Shown piece after piece: positions 1-8,188 of a stretch of 64,000 nucleotides of DNA. The notes under the pieces are model-generated. The model made no database searches. It was not told the origin of the DNA and saw only the letters and a program-made list of their open reading frames with translations. The stretch comes from a virus. The position numbers were made by a program, and so were the translations under genes. Location: positions 1 through 64,000 of IMG/VR virus record IMGVR_UViG_3300045988_100686; one strand, given 5' to 3'. How positions within the stretch are numbered: the stretch's first letter is position 1; every line of letters starts with the position of its first letter.

Positions 1-588
1 CCAACGTCAGCAATCCAACTCATTGATGGCATTCTGAAAGACATGTATACCGTGGAAGACATGGAAGACATGGAAGACACGGAAGACATGGAAGACATGG
101 AAGACATGGAAGACATGGGAAATTATGACAAATTCTCCAATGATATTACTAATGGCGCAGTATCCATGGACGACTTCGTAGATCCCTATCATAATTACAG
201 AATCAGAGATTGTATCCTCAGTATTCCTCGTTTTGCTAAGGAATTAGTCAATACAACCTGTTCTACTGTTAATGGATATGTATTGCCATCTGATGTAGAG
301 CAGATAATTCCTGCCATGCGTTATACTCCCACTGTATTGTATCTTCTTGTCATAACAGTATTACTTGACATGGGGATACCTGTGGTGTATAATGAAGTAG
401 AAATGAATGCATTTGACTACACTGAATTTAGATGTCGTCTAGCGAAGGTATTGACTTGTGCATTAGGTGCGGATAGCGATGCTGTTGCCCAAAATATTTA
501 TAGCGTTGATGAAGAACTTGACATGTATGAAGATTTTGTTGCAACCATAGATGATGCATTGCTGGTTTCATTAAAAACGTCAAATTAG
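1..588 (+). CDS. acidic (M-E-D)n tandem-repeat protein; frame is open back to base 1, so it may be 5'-partial
   Basis: Track ORF 43..588. Upstream codons 1-42 are in frame with no stop. The N-terminal MEDMEDTEDMEDMEDMED is encoded by a 9-bp tandem repeat and the protein is strongly acidic. Confidence 0.45.
   Translation, partial: PTSAIQLIDGILKDMYTVEDMEDMEDTEDMEDMEDMEDMGNYDKFSNDITNGAVSMDDFVDPYHNYRIRDCILSIPRFAKELVNTTCSTVNGYVLPSDVEQIIPAMRYTPTVLYLLVITVLLDMGIPVVYNEVEMNAFDYTEFRCRLAKVLTCALGADSDAVAQNIYSVDEELDMYEDFVATIDDALLVSLKTSN
52..120. repeat. 9-bp tandem repeat (ATGGAAGAC), about 7.7 units, with one ACGGAAGAC variant
   Basis: Read directly at 52-120; in frame within the acidic ORF. Confidence 0.9.
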
Positions 589-600
589 TGGTATAAGTAT
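589..600 (+). promoter_or_regulatory. extended -10 promoter-like motif TGGTATAAGTAT (copy 1 of 5)
   Basis: The exact 12-mer recurs at 8023, 24326, 42572 and 54825, always in plus-strand intergenic positions upstream of transcribed units. Confidence 0.5.
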
Positions 601-684
601 TATGTAGGGGAAATTAGCTATTCTCTCTACACTTCTCTCCATTGTATAGGCTTCATGGTCTACAAAATTACTATGATTGGGAAT

Positions 685-714
685 TTATTTACAGAGAGTT
701 CTCTGTACTATAAT
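685..714 (+). promoter_or_regulatory. unit A promoter-like element: TTTACA, palindromic spacer CAGAGA-GT-TCTCTG, TATAAT
   Basis: TTTACA 688-693 and TATAAT 709-714 with a 15-nt palindromic spacer. Downstream GC-rich insert with internal hairpins TTAAGAC/GTCTTAA and AGGCC/GGCCT. Confidence 0.45.
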
Positions 715-852
715 TCTTTAAGACTACGTCTTAAGTCCTCCAGCAGGCTCGCGATCCTGGATCTTCGGGCTGTACCTTCCCGTGGGTGCCAATCATAGTA
801 ATTTTTTAGGCCATGAGGCCTTACATTAAAATTAACTGTATAGCTGATATTA

Positions 853-879
853 TTTGTAGAGAGTTCTCTGCACTATTTT
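853..879 (+). promoter_or_regulatory. unit B promoter-like element: TTTGTA, palindrome, TATTTT
   Basis: Same architecture as unit A. Downstream insert contains the perfect palindrome GGAAGCGCTTCC. Confidence 0.45.
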
Positions 880-1018
880 AATACCGAGCTGCGCTCTGGT
901 CTTGAGATCCGGAAGCGCTTCCAGTATCCCGCACGCGACATCGGCATGGGAGCTATACAGTTAATTTTAGTGTATACTATTATACATGTATTAAGGTTAA
1001 CTGTGTATCTGAACACTA

Positions 1019-1045
1019 TTTGTAGAGAGTTCTCTGCATTATTAT
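1019..1045 (+). promoter_or_regulatory. unit C promoter-like element: TTTGTA, palindrome, TATTAT
   Basis: Same architecture. The insert starts GAGCTACGCTCT, matching unit B's GAGCTGCGCTCT. Confidence 0.45.
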
Positions 1046-1146
1046 TCTATAGAGCTACGCTCTAATCCAGAAAACCTGGTCCGAGAGGCTGCAGTTGACA
1101 GTGACGACCAACGAGACGGTAGGGAGATACACAGTTAACCTTAGTA

Positions 1147-1277
1147 TAAGACACCTAGTAAACAGCGCATGTATTCGATCAATTTTTCAGAGAGTTCTCT
1201 GAAATTTTTTGAATTATAGTCTCATGATTATTATTTTCGGAATACATGCGTTGTCTACTAGGTGTCTTTTTTTTTTA
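1147..1277 (+). terminator. long-stem hairpin (30-bp arms) followed by a T10 run; candidate terminator closing the array
   Basis: TAAGACACCTAGTAAACAGCGCATGTATTCG pairs with CGAATACATGCGTTGTCTACTAGGTGTCTT; a T10 run follows at 1267-1276. Confidence 0.5.
1183..1215 (+). promoter_or_regulatory. unit D promoter-like element containing CAGAGAGTTCTCTG; lacks the GC-rich insert
   Basis: Core at 1188-1201, sitting in the loop of the 30-bp inverted repeat 1147-1176/1238-1268. Confidence 0.4.
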
Positions 1278-1290
1278 CCTATTTTTTTAG

Positions 1291-1791
1291 TTATTCACGA
1301 TAACCAATAGTCCAATAAACTTCAAAGTATAGACCGGTAGTCTTGCGCCAAAGGCCAACAGTTGTACGAGCAACCATTGTACCATCTGTAGCAAACAAGC
1401 CCATTTCTTTAATGTCCTTATTATCAACGGACTCATCAACAGTATCATACAAGAAAGAGAATGTTACTGTTAGCCCGTCATCAGAAATCGTTGGCACTGT
1501 TGCACTTAATTTACGTGAACCTTGGATTTCTTTTTTTAGTGAAGTGTCTGTAATATTGGCAGCTGTGTCATCAGCGCCAAGTGCCAGTTGGCGTACAAAT
1601 GGTAGACTTTCAACATCAGAACCCCAGCCGCTCAAAAGCTTTATAATCGGTTTGCGTATGCTAAGAACAATGTTATTAGTAACATTTCCCTGTTCAACAA
1701 CATTACCATCTGCATCTTTTAAACAATAGCTTACACATCCGTGTAATTTGTCTGCTAGACCTAATTTTGATTCAGTGTTATTAATTTTCAT
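1291..1791 (-). CDS. hypothetical virion/baseplate-distal protein
   Basis: Track ORF; last gene of the minus-strand baseplate operon. Confidence 0.5.
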   Translation of the reverse strand: MKINNTESKLGLADKLHGCVSYCLKDADGNVVEQGNVTNNIVLSIRKPIIKLLSGWGSDVESLPFVRQLALGADDTAANITDTSLKKEIQGSRKLSATVPTISDDGLTVTFSFLYDTVDESVDNKDIKEMGLFATDGTMVARTTVGLWRKTTGLYFEVYWTIGYRE

Positions 1792-1801
1792 ATAATTTCC
1801 C

Positions 1802-3619
1802 CTATTCTACATAGTTTATATTGACATATAGTCTGCGAAATGTAGGACTTTTTTGAACACTTGCGTATAATATTATTTTATAGTAAACTGTACCTGTTAC
1901 AGCTGTGGCTATTTCTGGTACATCCTCCCAGGTTACTTTATCAAAGGATTGTTTTATATCTATCAATGTTGATTCCGGGGTATCATACTCCGCGCGTATA
2001 AACAGATTTTTTGGTATGCCACCAATATTAAATCCTTGAGTTATTGCATAACCTTGGTCACCATTTGATACTTGCAGTCCATCTTTACCTATAGACAGAT
2101 CATGAAGAGTCCAATCAGTGAATTCTGTAGTTGCGCATACTGTTTCCGCTTGTACAGTATTATATGATAACTCTGCATCTGTAATATCCATTGGCAATTC
2201 AGAGTATATACCGCCAGAAGTGTCTCCTTTTAGATTCAATTTGATTCCTTGATCTGATACCTCTGTAGGAAAACCAAGAGATAATATATGTTCTTCATGA
2301 TGCTCCCATGGAGATTCACTAACCAACCTTGCATACACACAGTCATAGTGTGGCTCGACATATGAAGCATGAGAAGGATTGCTTTTCCAGAATTCTTTCC
2401 AGTTATCAGTATCAGAGTTATCGAATACGTGCCATTTCCAGTCATCTAGCGTCAATGCTAAAGCGTCGTTTTTATTATCTGTCCATATAGGTCGACCAAT
2501 ACTAGGAGCGTAAATCCACATAGAACTATCTATCTTAGTAAGACCATAGATGGAAGCTGCACCAAGTTTTACACCATTATTATCATAGTTTGGCGAAATA
2601 ATTTCATCATGCTCATCAAGATCTTCAGCACGATACTGTTGCCCCATGAAGATATCTGTTCTAGTTGGTAAAGCATCTAAAAATAATTTCAGTATGTCTT
2701 GATTTGTGGCAAATCTCTCCAAGTCTTGCAGTTGAGTATTAAACCGTACGTATGCTACAGCGTCATACAAGAAATTACGCATAAGATAGTTACGCAACTC
2801 GGTAGACATAGGAGCATCTATGCAATACTTTGCAAATAACTCTACTGGTCTATCTTCCCACCAATACGGATGGGTTTTATGCGTAATGAGTTCAATTGCA
2901 TCCGTTAGTACCTGGTACTTCTTGAGTGTTTGTCCTTCAGTTACGCATATATGGGCGTTTCCCATAGGATAAGAGTATTTGTCTGTTTCTATTGTACCGT
3001 CTTTTATTGTCTGAACAGTCTCATCACCATATTTTGCTACTGGATAACCAAGCACTAAGCTTAAAACTGCTAACAGTCTTTCATAAGATGGACCAAGATA
3101 AAATGCTGCTAGAATTGGTTCTATAGAATCTCTGTAAAAAGTAGAATCTTTTCTGCGGTAGTCAAGGAAGTTACCTATCTCATTGTATATTCTATACCCT
3201 GCGTACCTACCTTTAGAAATATACATAGTCTTAGTAGACAGGGGTTTGGCAAAATAAATCTTTCCTTTGGTTAGCTTAAAGTCTACGTTTACTTGCCGTG
3301 GATCTACAGGATCTACGTGTTTGTCATATAAAGCGTCTATATACACCCAGTCAGGATCAATGTCATAGGCGTAGGGATAGATATCATCTTTAGATGTAAA
3401 CTCGTAGTCCCCAAACTCTACTTTTTCCCAAATTTTAGTGTTTCCAATACTGTGTTCAGGAATTTCTTCTATGTCATATCGTTCTAGAATCTTAGCATCC
3501 TGACGCATACTCAGAATGGAATTAATATGTGCGGTAACTCTCAGCAAATCTTTAGGTTTGAAAGTTTCTCGCCAAAAATCCGGGAGTAATTTTAGTTCCC
3601 AAGAGTTAAAACGTTGCAT
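1802..3619 (-). CDS. hypothetical large baseplate/tail-fiber-like structural protein
   Basis: 605-aa ORF immediately downstream of the baseplate J-like gene. Confidence 0.5.
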   Translation of the reverse strand: MQRFNSWELKLLPDFWRETFKPKDLLRVTAHINSILSMRQDAKILERYDIEEIPEHSIGNTKIWEKVEFGDYEFTSKDDIYPYAYDIDPDWVYIDALYDKHVDPVDPRQVNVDFKLTKGKIYFAKPLSTKTMYISKGRYAGYRIYNEIGNFLDYRRKDSTFYRDSIEPILAAFYLGPSYERLLAVLSLVLGYPVAKYGDETVQTIKDGTIETDKYSYPMGNAHICVTEGQTLKKYQVLTDAIELITHKTHPYWWEDRPVELFAKYCIDAPMSTELRNYLMRNFLYDAVAYVRFNTQLQDLERFATNQDILKLFLDALPTRTDIFMGQQYRAEDLDEHDEIISPNYDNNGVKLGAASIYGLTKIDSSMWIYAPSIGRPIWTDNKNDALALTLDDWKWHVFDNSDTDNWKEFWKSNPSHASYVEPHYDCVYARLVSESPWEHHEEHILSLGFPTEVSDQGIKLNLKGDTSGGIYSELPMDITDAELSYNTVQAETVCATTEFTDWTLHDLSIGKDGLQVSNGDQGYAITQGFNIGGIPKNLFIRAEYDTPESTLIDIKQSFDKVTWEDVPEIATAVTGTVYYKIILYASVQKSPTFRRLYVNINYVE

Positions 3620-3620
3620 A

Positions 3621-5096
3621 TTATCCTTCCACCTTCACTCGGATTAAATCCTCATTTGTGTACCAGCAACAAGTACGTAAAGAAATCTGTGATCTATCAT
3701 CTATCACGAATTTCAAACCATCTGTCTCTGTTGGGCGGAGAAGAGAGTCAACTGGCTGACGATATCCATTAAGTCCAATTCGTTCCATACGCAGATCCTC
3801 TGTGAGATACCAGCAATATAACTCCATTGGCAAGTGTACCACCATAACGCCTGAACTTCTGATAATATGTGCGATCTCTGCCACTTGTGGGTATTCTTGA
3901 CTTCGCAATGTATTTATATAGTATGCAATACTTGATTTTACTGCCGCTATCGCCTCATCAGAATCAGTGTCTGACACAGTTATCGTTGCTGTAACTACAA
4001 GTGGCCATTTCTGTTTAACTAAATTATCAGTATGAAATAGTTCGTTATCTGAATTTGATACATAGTTATCAACAGAAGTTAGGTCTGATGTAAGAGACGT
4101 CATCGGAGATGCAGGAGTAAGAAGTGGTACTGTTTCTTGTAGAGACCCACGGAGTGCTACGTCTGTTGGTTTCAAGTTTGCAGCATTCCATACCTGCATT
4201 AATTTTTCAGGGTTATTTGTAAGGCTTTGGCCATTGAAAGTCATTGGAAAACCTAGTGGAGCAGTATACCCAGTGGAAACATTAAATGTATTATTTCTGA
4301 CGTATATATCACACTTACCACCAATATGAACAGTTCCATATCCACGAATGGTAACTAAATCTCGAATCATCTCTGAGTCACGTAGCCCAACTGGTGTGAT
4401 CTCCTGAATGCTAGGAAACTTTTCTCGCAACATTGCACGAGTTGATCTATACGAATATAGTCCACGCAGTGCTAGCTCATCCTGCGCGCGATTATAAAAA
4501 ACATAATTGGACTCTGATACCCCACCATCTGTAGTATCTGCTAAAAAATATGCTCTACGTACAGATGGAGCAGATGTACCTGTAAGTGTTACAGCATCGT
4601 TAGCTACAGCATTATACTTATTTCCAGTTCCAACAGAGCGCACAGCGACATCTACATAGTATCCATTAATATCATCACCAGGCAATTCATCCTTGCTAAT
4701 AAAATGGTCAGTTAGTACTTCGTAGGCTCGGTCGTTCGATGCTTCACAAACTTCTCCAGCACTTATGTATGCATCTATTTTATTTCCATATACTACTCTG
4801 ACTACACCACTAACGTAGTTTCCTGTACGTCTATTAGCGAAGTAGCGGCTAAGTATTCGTTCAAGGTCCTCCTCAGACATGGACATATAATTACTAAGAT
4901 CTAGTGATCCTAGTAGTTCATCTATGCCTTCTGCTTGGCGTGACCATAATAATGATATTGGTCTCACTACCATTTCATATACAGGAGTTCCAGGTCCACA
5001 GTCTAAATTTGGGTATGTATCTGCTAATATTTGGAGAACCTGTGTCTCCATGTTTTTCTGAGAGTCAATGGTGGCACTCGGACTAGTTGCAGTCAT
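3621..5096 (-). CDS. baseplate J-like protein (tentative)
   Basis: 491 aa. 4-nt ATGA overlap with the upstream gp25-like gene, the classic gp25/baseplate-J order. N-terminal region resembles Baseplate_J family proteins. Confidence 0.45.
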   Translation of the reverse strand: MTATSPSATIDSQKNMETQVLQILADTYPNLDCGPGTPVYEMVVRPISLLWSRQAEGIDELLGSLDLSNYMSMSEEDLERILSRYFANRRTGNYVSGVVRVVYGNKIDAYISAGEVCEASNDRAYEVLTDHFISKDELPGDDINGYYVDVAVRSVGTGNKYNAVANDAVTLTGTSAPSVRRAYFLADTTDGGVSESNYVFYNRAQDELALRGLYSYRSTRAMLREKFPSIQEITPVGLRDSEMIRDLVTIRGYGTVHIGGKCDIYVRNNTFNVSTGYTAPLGFPMTFNGQSLTNNPEKLMQVWNAANLKPTDVALRGSLQETVPLLTPASPMTSLTSDLTSVDNYVSNSDNELFHTDNLVKQKWPLVVTATITVSDTDSDEAIAAVKSSIAYYINTLRSQEYPQVAEIAHIIRSSGVMVVHLPMELYCWYLTEDLRMERIGLNGYRQPVDSLLRPTETDGLKFVIDDRSQISLRTCCWYTNEDLIRVKVEG

Positions 5097-5542
5097 GTTG
5101 TACCTCCTAGTTTTAAAGAGTATATTATTGATTCCTGTTTAACAGGTGTGAACTTTATGTTTAGAAAAATTTGGTTACTGTTATTTATTGTTAAATCTTT
5201 TAATTCTATTGAAGAAATCAAATCAATGGCTTCCTGATTATTCTGCGTAGCTTCGCCACTCTGTAACTTGAAAAATTGACGAATAGCTTCTGAAACTTGT
5301 TCTCGTATAAATAACTGTGTTTCAGTACGATTCACAATATTCATGTGTAGCATCTGTGGCATATATGTTCCAAACCAGGGTCTCATGGAATCAGAGCCAA
5401 CTGTCGTAAGAAGTATAACTAAAAACTTTTGCATTGCACGAATGGGACCTTCTGCCGTCGTGTATGGGTTTAGTGTACAAGTTACAAGTTGTTTACCAAC
5501 ATTTTTCTCTAACTGTGGATTAATTAGTAGTCCCTTAATCAT
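5093..5542 (-). CDS. gp25-like baseplate wedge protein (GPW/gp25 family)
   Basis: 149 aa. The segment VGSDSMRPWFGTYMPQ...LFIREQVSEAIRQF fits the gp25 family pattern (G-S-R-P-x-F-G ... E-P-R-like region). Confidence 0.55.
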   Translation of the reverse strand: MIKGLLINPQLEKNVGKQLVTCTLNPYTTAEGPIRAMQKFLVILLTTVGSDSMRPWFGTYMPQMLHMNIVNRTETQLFIREQVSEAIRQFFKLQSGEATQNNQEAIDLISSIELKDLTINNSNQIFLNIKFTPVKQESIIYSLKLGGTT

Positions 5543-5555
5543 TTTTTTTTTTACC

Positions 5556-7220
5556 TTAGTTACTGATAGTTGATTTTGTATTAATAGTGTTATCCTTTGT
5601 GTTATCCACTACATTAGATGCATTACTATTAATTCTTGATGTTTTGTTGTTAAGAGTGGCAGTAGTCTTCGCCGCGGAGTTTTTGACCTGTTTCCCGATA
5701 TCTCCACCCTTCTTTTCTATAGTGCTAAGAGTGCTCTCTGCAATTTCTTCAGCATCCTTATTTAAGTCATCAGTAGAAATAGTAGCAGAACTTACCGCTC
5801 CTGCGACATTCTTAATATCATTTACACTCATCAATAAATCCGCCTTTTGAGACATGTCAGAGATAGATGCAATCGAATTTTCTAGCCCCTTATAGTCTAC
5901 ATTAATATTTTTTGGATCTACTATACCAAGAGTCTTAGGATTCAAGTTGGCGAGCATTCCCATTAAGTCTCCCAATGCTTGAGCATAACCTAGCGCCGAA
6001 AACACGAATGAAACTACCTTGTTTCCACTGCTAGTACTACCACTAGTATTTGCAAGCTCCGCGTTTGTCTGCTGGATACCTAAATTACTTTCAGTTGTAT
6101 CTTTGAGCCGCTCTATCAAACTCTTTGCAGTTGTTATTGCAACATGGATTGCATCAGCATTGTTATACGCAGATGACTGTTTAGAAACTGTTCTATATCC
6201 TGGAGGGAAAATTGAATATGATGAACGCGGATCATCCAGCGTTCCCAAACTTCCCTTTGGTGCAATCCAGACACCTGTATAGTCTAACCTTCCAGTTCCT
6301 TGAACCCCTATTTGAATAGTATCATCCGGGTTTACGTCAGCTTCAAATATTAAAATTTTCCATGCTGTATCAGTGATGACTTCAGTATATACTTTTTCTC
6401 CTACCTTTATATACGCCGTCGGGTTCGTTCCTAAAGAACGGATAGAACAAATGATTAAGCATGATGTGAATTGAGTGTACGTGAGAGGTGTACTCCAAGT
6501 GTATACTTTAGGAATAACTATAGGGTCCTCGTCACTTGGATCAACTGGGTAGTTCCCAGATACCTTGGAATCTATCTGTAAAAATCTAATAGGCAGTCCA
6601 GACTGCAGTTCTTCACTAATTTTTGCGGATGACCCTTCCTCCACCGTTTCTTCCTTCCAGGTATCAAACCTGTAAAAATAAGGGTCACCATTTCCTGTGG
6701 TATCAGTATCTTCTGTTTGTCTTACTGGAGGTCCATATTCCCCCTCTATGATACGTTTAGCAAGCTTATCTAGGTTTTCTTTGTTTTGCAAGTATTCTAG
6801 ATCTTTTTTATTTGTAGCATATCCAAGATAGAATGTTACATCTGCTTCACTACCATATTTAAGAGAATTTGTTTCAGTATACCCTAAGTTTGTAATCGGA
6901 GTGCGCCCCTGCATGTAAGTCTCGTAAGTTAGAGTTCCAACAAAGGCACTGTATTCACTGCACTGGATATCGTACCCAGATGTATCTGGTGAAATATCCA
7001 CATAACAGTCTATTGTCCAGCATAGCACTGGAGTATAGTTTGCACTGAGAGCTTTTATATCCATGGAAACTGCTGCTTCACTTTTTCGTGAAAGCATACA
7101 GTCATCACCCTTTAATTTTATGTATTTCTGCAGTAATTCAGCAAATACATAGTTGATATGCCAACGAGTTTCATCTGTTGCAGGATGTCTGATGTCTTTC
7201 ATTGGATGAATAAGAATCAT
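5556..7220 (-). CDS. hypothetical baseplate/structural protein with Ser/Thr/Asn-rich C-terminus
   Basis: 554-aa ORF in the baseplate operon. Confidence 0.5.
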   Translation of the reverse strand: MILIHPMKDIRHPATDETRWHINYVFAELLQKYIKLKGDDCMLSRKSEAAVSMDIKALSANYTPVLCWTIDCYVDISPDTSGYDIQCSEYSAFVGTLTYETYMQGRTPITNLGYTETNSLKYGSEADVTFYLGYATNKKDLEYLQNKENLDKLAKRIIEGEYGPPVRQTEDTDTTGNGDPYFYRFDTWKEETVEEGSSAKISEELQSGLPIRFLQIDSKVSGNYPVDPSDEDPIVIPKVYTWSTPLTYTQFTSCLIICSIRSLGTNPTAYIKVGEKVYTEVITDTAWKILIFEADVNPDDTIQIGVQGTGRLDYTGVWIAPKGSLGTLDDPRSSYSIFPPGYRTVSKQSSAYNNADAIHVAITTAKSLIERLKDTTESNLGIQQTNAELANTSGSTSSGNKVVSFVFSALGYAQALGDLMGMLANLNPKTLGIVDPKNINVDYKGLENSIASISDMSQKADLLMSVNDIKNVAGAVSSATISTDDLNKDAEEIAESTLSTIEKKGGDIGKQVKNSAAKTTATLNNKTSRINSNASNVVDNTKDNTINTKSTISN

Positions 7221-7981
7221 CAGTATCCCTCCTGAGCAACATTCAATGATTCTCGCATAACACTAACAACTTCATTCTTCTTTTTATTGTAAAGGTGAGG
7301 TGAAAGTTTTAAATCAACTCTTATTTTTGAGTCTGGTAGCTCCTTCTTTCCACCATAGCCTGTACTATGTTCAAGAATATATTTTCCTTGGTTATCTAAT
7401 ACATTATATGCATAGAAAAATGCTTGTTGTGTTGGATCTAGCTCTGACACACCTGGTTCAAAAGTCTGTTTGCTTTCTACTAGTTCACGTCTCAACCTAG
7501 TCGATGCATCTATTACTTTTGGTAATGACCACCCAGTGTATTCTGCCACCTCTTGATATGTAGGTTCTCTATTCAGGGCCTCGGTAAGATACTCGTTGGC
7601 CTCTGTTATAGGTTTAAATTTAAAATGAACATTCTCTGGAATACGAATAGCGTGCTGGTTATTTATGTTCTCTCTACTAACCTTCTTGAAATTGTTTATA
7701 ACATAAGTTGATAGTTTAGCTCCTTTGGCTGGAGTATAGGTATCAAATGATTTTAAGGTGATCTCTTTAAGCTCTGCCTCTACAACGGAATATGGCCGCA
7801 CATTACTTAGTTTACGTGCATTAGCAATGATTACTCCATGGAATCGTTGTAGTAAGTCCCACTTAGCTTGTTGATTACCTTGTTTGTATTTTCTCCAGAG
7901 ATCAAGATCTGACTCAGAGTAGCTATTATTAGCCTTGAGTCCTACCTTGCCTGCAGTAAATCCTGATGCTACTCTTGGCAT
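7220..7981 (-). CDS. sigma-70-family factor-like protein (regions 2.1-2.4 recognisable)
   Basis: DLLQRFHGVIIANARKL resembles region 2.1/2.2. FDTYTPAKGAKLSTYVINNFKK resembles region 2.3/2.4 (FDP-KG-KFSTYA-WWIR). It is the first gene of the minus-strand baseplate operon. Confidence 0.5.
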   Translation of the reverse strand: MPRVASGFTAGKVGLKANNSYSESDLDLWRKYKQGNQQAKWDLLQRFHGVIIANARKLSNVRPYSVVEAELKEITLKSFDTYTPAKGAKLSTYVINNFKKVSRENINNQHAIRIPENVHFKFKPITEANEYLTEALNREPTYQEVAEYTGWSLPKVIDASTRLRRELVESKQTFEPGVSELDPTQQAFFYAYNVLDNQGKYILEHSTGYGGKKELPDSKIRVDLKLSPHLYNKKKNEVVSVMRESLNVAQEGY

Positions 7982-8022
7982 ATTATCACTCCTTTAAAAG
8001 CTATTAACATTATACCTGAAGA

Positions 8023-8034
8023 TGGTATAAGTAA
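8023..8034 (+). promoter_or_regulatory. extended -10 motif TGGTATAAGTAA (copy 2)
   Basis: Motif match in the divergent intergenic region. Confidence 0.4.
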
Positions 8035-8045
8035 TATGTAGATGC

Positions 8046-8074
8046 TTGTAAAATTCATGAGTTTCTGCTATAAT
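8046..8074 (+). promoter_or_regulatory. sigma-A-type promoter TTGTAA-17-TATAAT
   Basis: TTGTAA 8046-8051, 17-nt spacer, TATAAT 8069-8074. Confidence 0.7.
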
Positions 8075-8188
8075 TTAGAAAGGAGAGAAGAAAAATCATT
8101 GCTACTATTCAAAGAACAATGTTTAATTTAATTACTTGATAGAGTTACCTACTGCGTAGCTTATTGAACCTTAAAAGGAGTGTTTTGT

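Larger units (their letters stand above)
664..1268 (+). repeat. array of four promoter/palindrome units, each inside its own long-range inverted repeat; units A-C carry an ~80-90 nt GC-rich insert
   Basis: Conserved core AGAGAGTTCTCTG at 692-705, 858-870, 1024-1036 and 1188-1201. Flanking inverted repeats: 664-680/791-807, 830-845/951-966, 995-1010/1125-1140 and 1147-1176/1238-1268. Confidence 0.7.

Noticed and set aside
946-1083. 45-codon ORF (MGAIQLILVYTIIHVLRL...) spanning unit B/C of the repeat array
   Set aside because: No ribosome-binding site, it runs across the promoter-like palindrome, and it is not conserved between units. Likely fortuitous.
660-1280. CRISPR array
   Set aside because: The repeat units are promoter-like 13-mers spaced about 165 bp apart with GC-rich inserts and flanking long inverted repeats. 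They are not 28-37 bp direct repeats with 30-40 bp spacers, and there are no cas genes.
1343-1729. Plus-strand ORF inside the minus-strand 1291-1791 gene, and similar antisense track ORFs (2236-2445, 4904-5086, 5587-5850, 12869-13183, 14796-15099, 16030-16260, 20529-20801, 39335-39640, 52160-52743, 63327-63697)
   Set aside because: They are embedded antisense within longer, better-supported ORFs, lack ribosome-binding sites and have low-complexity composition. They are shadow ORFs.
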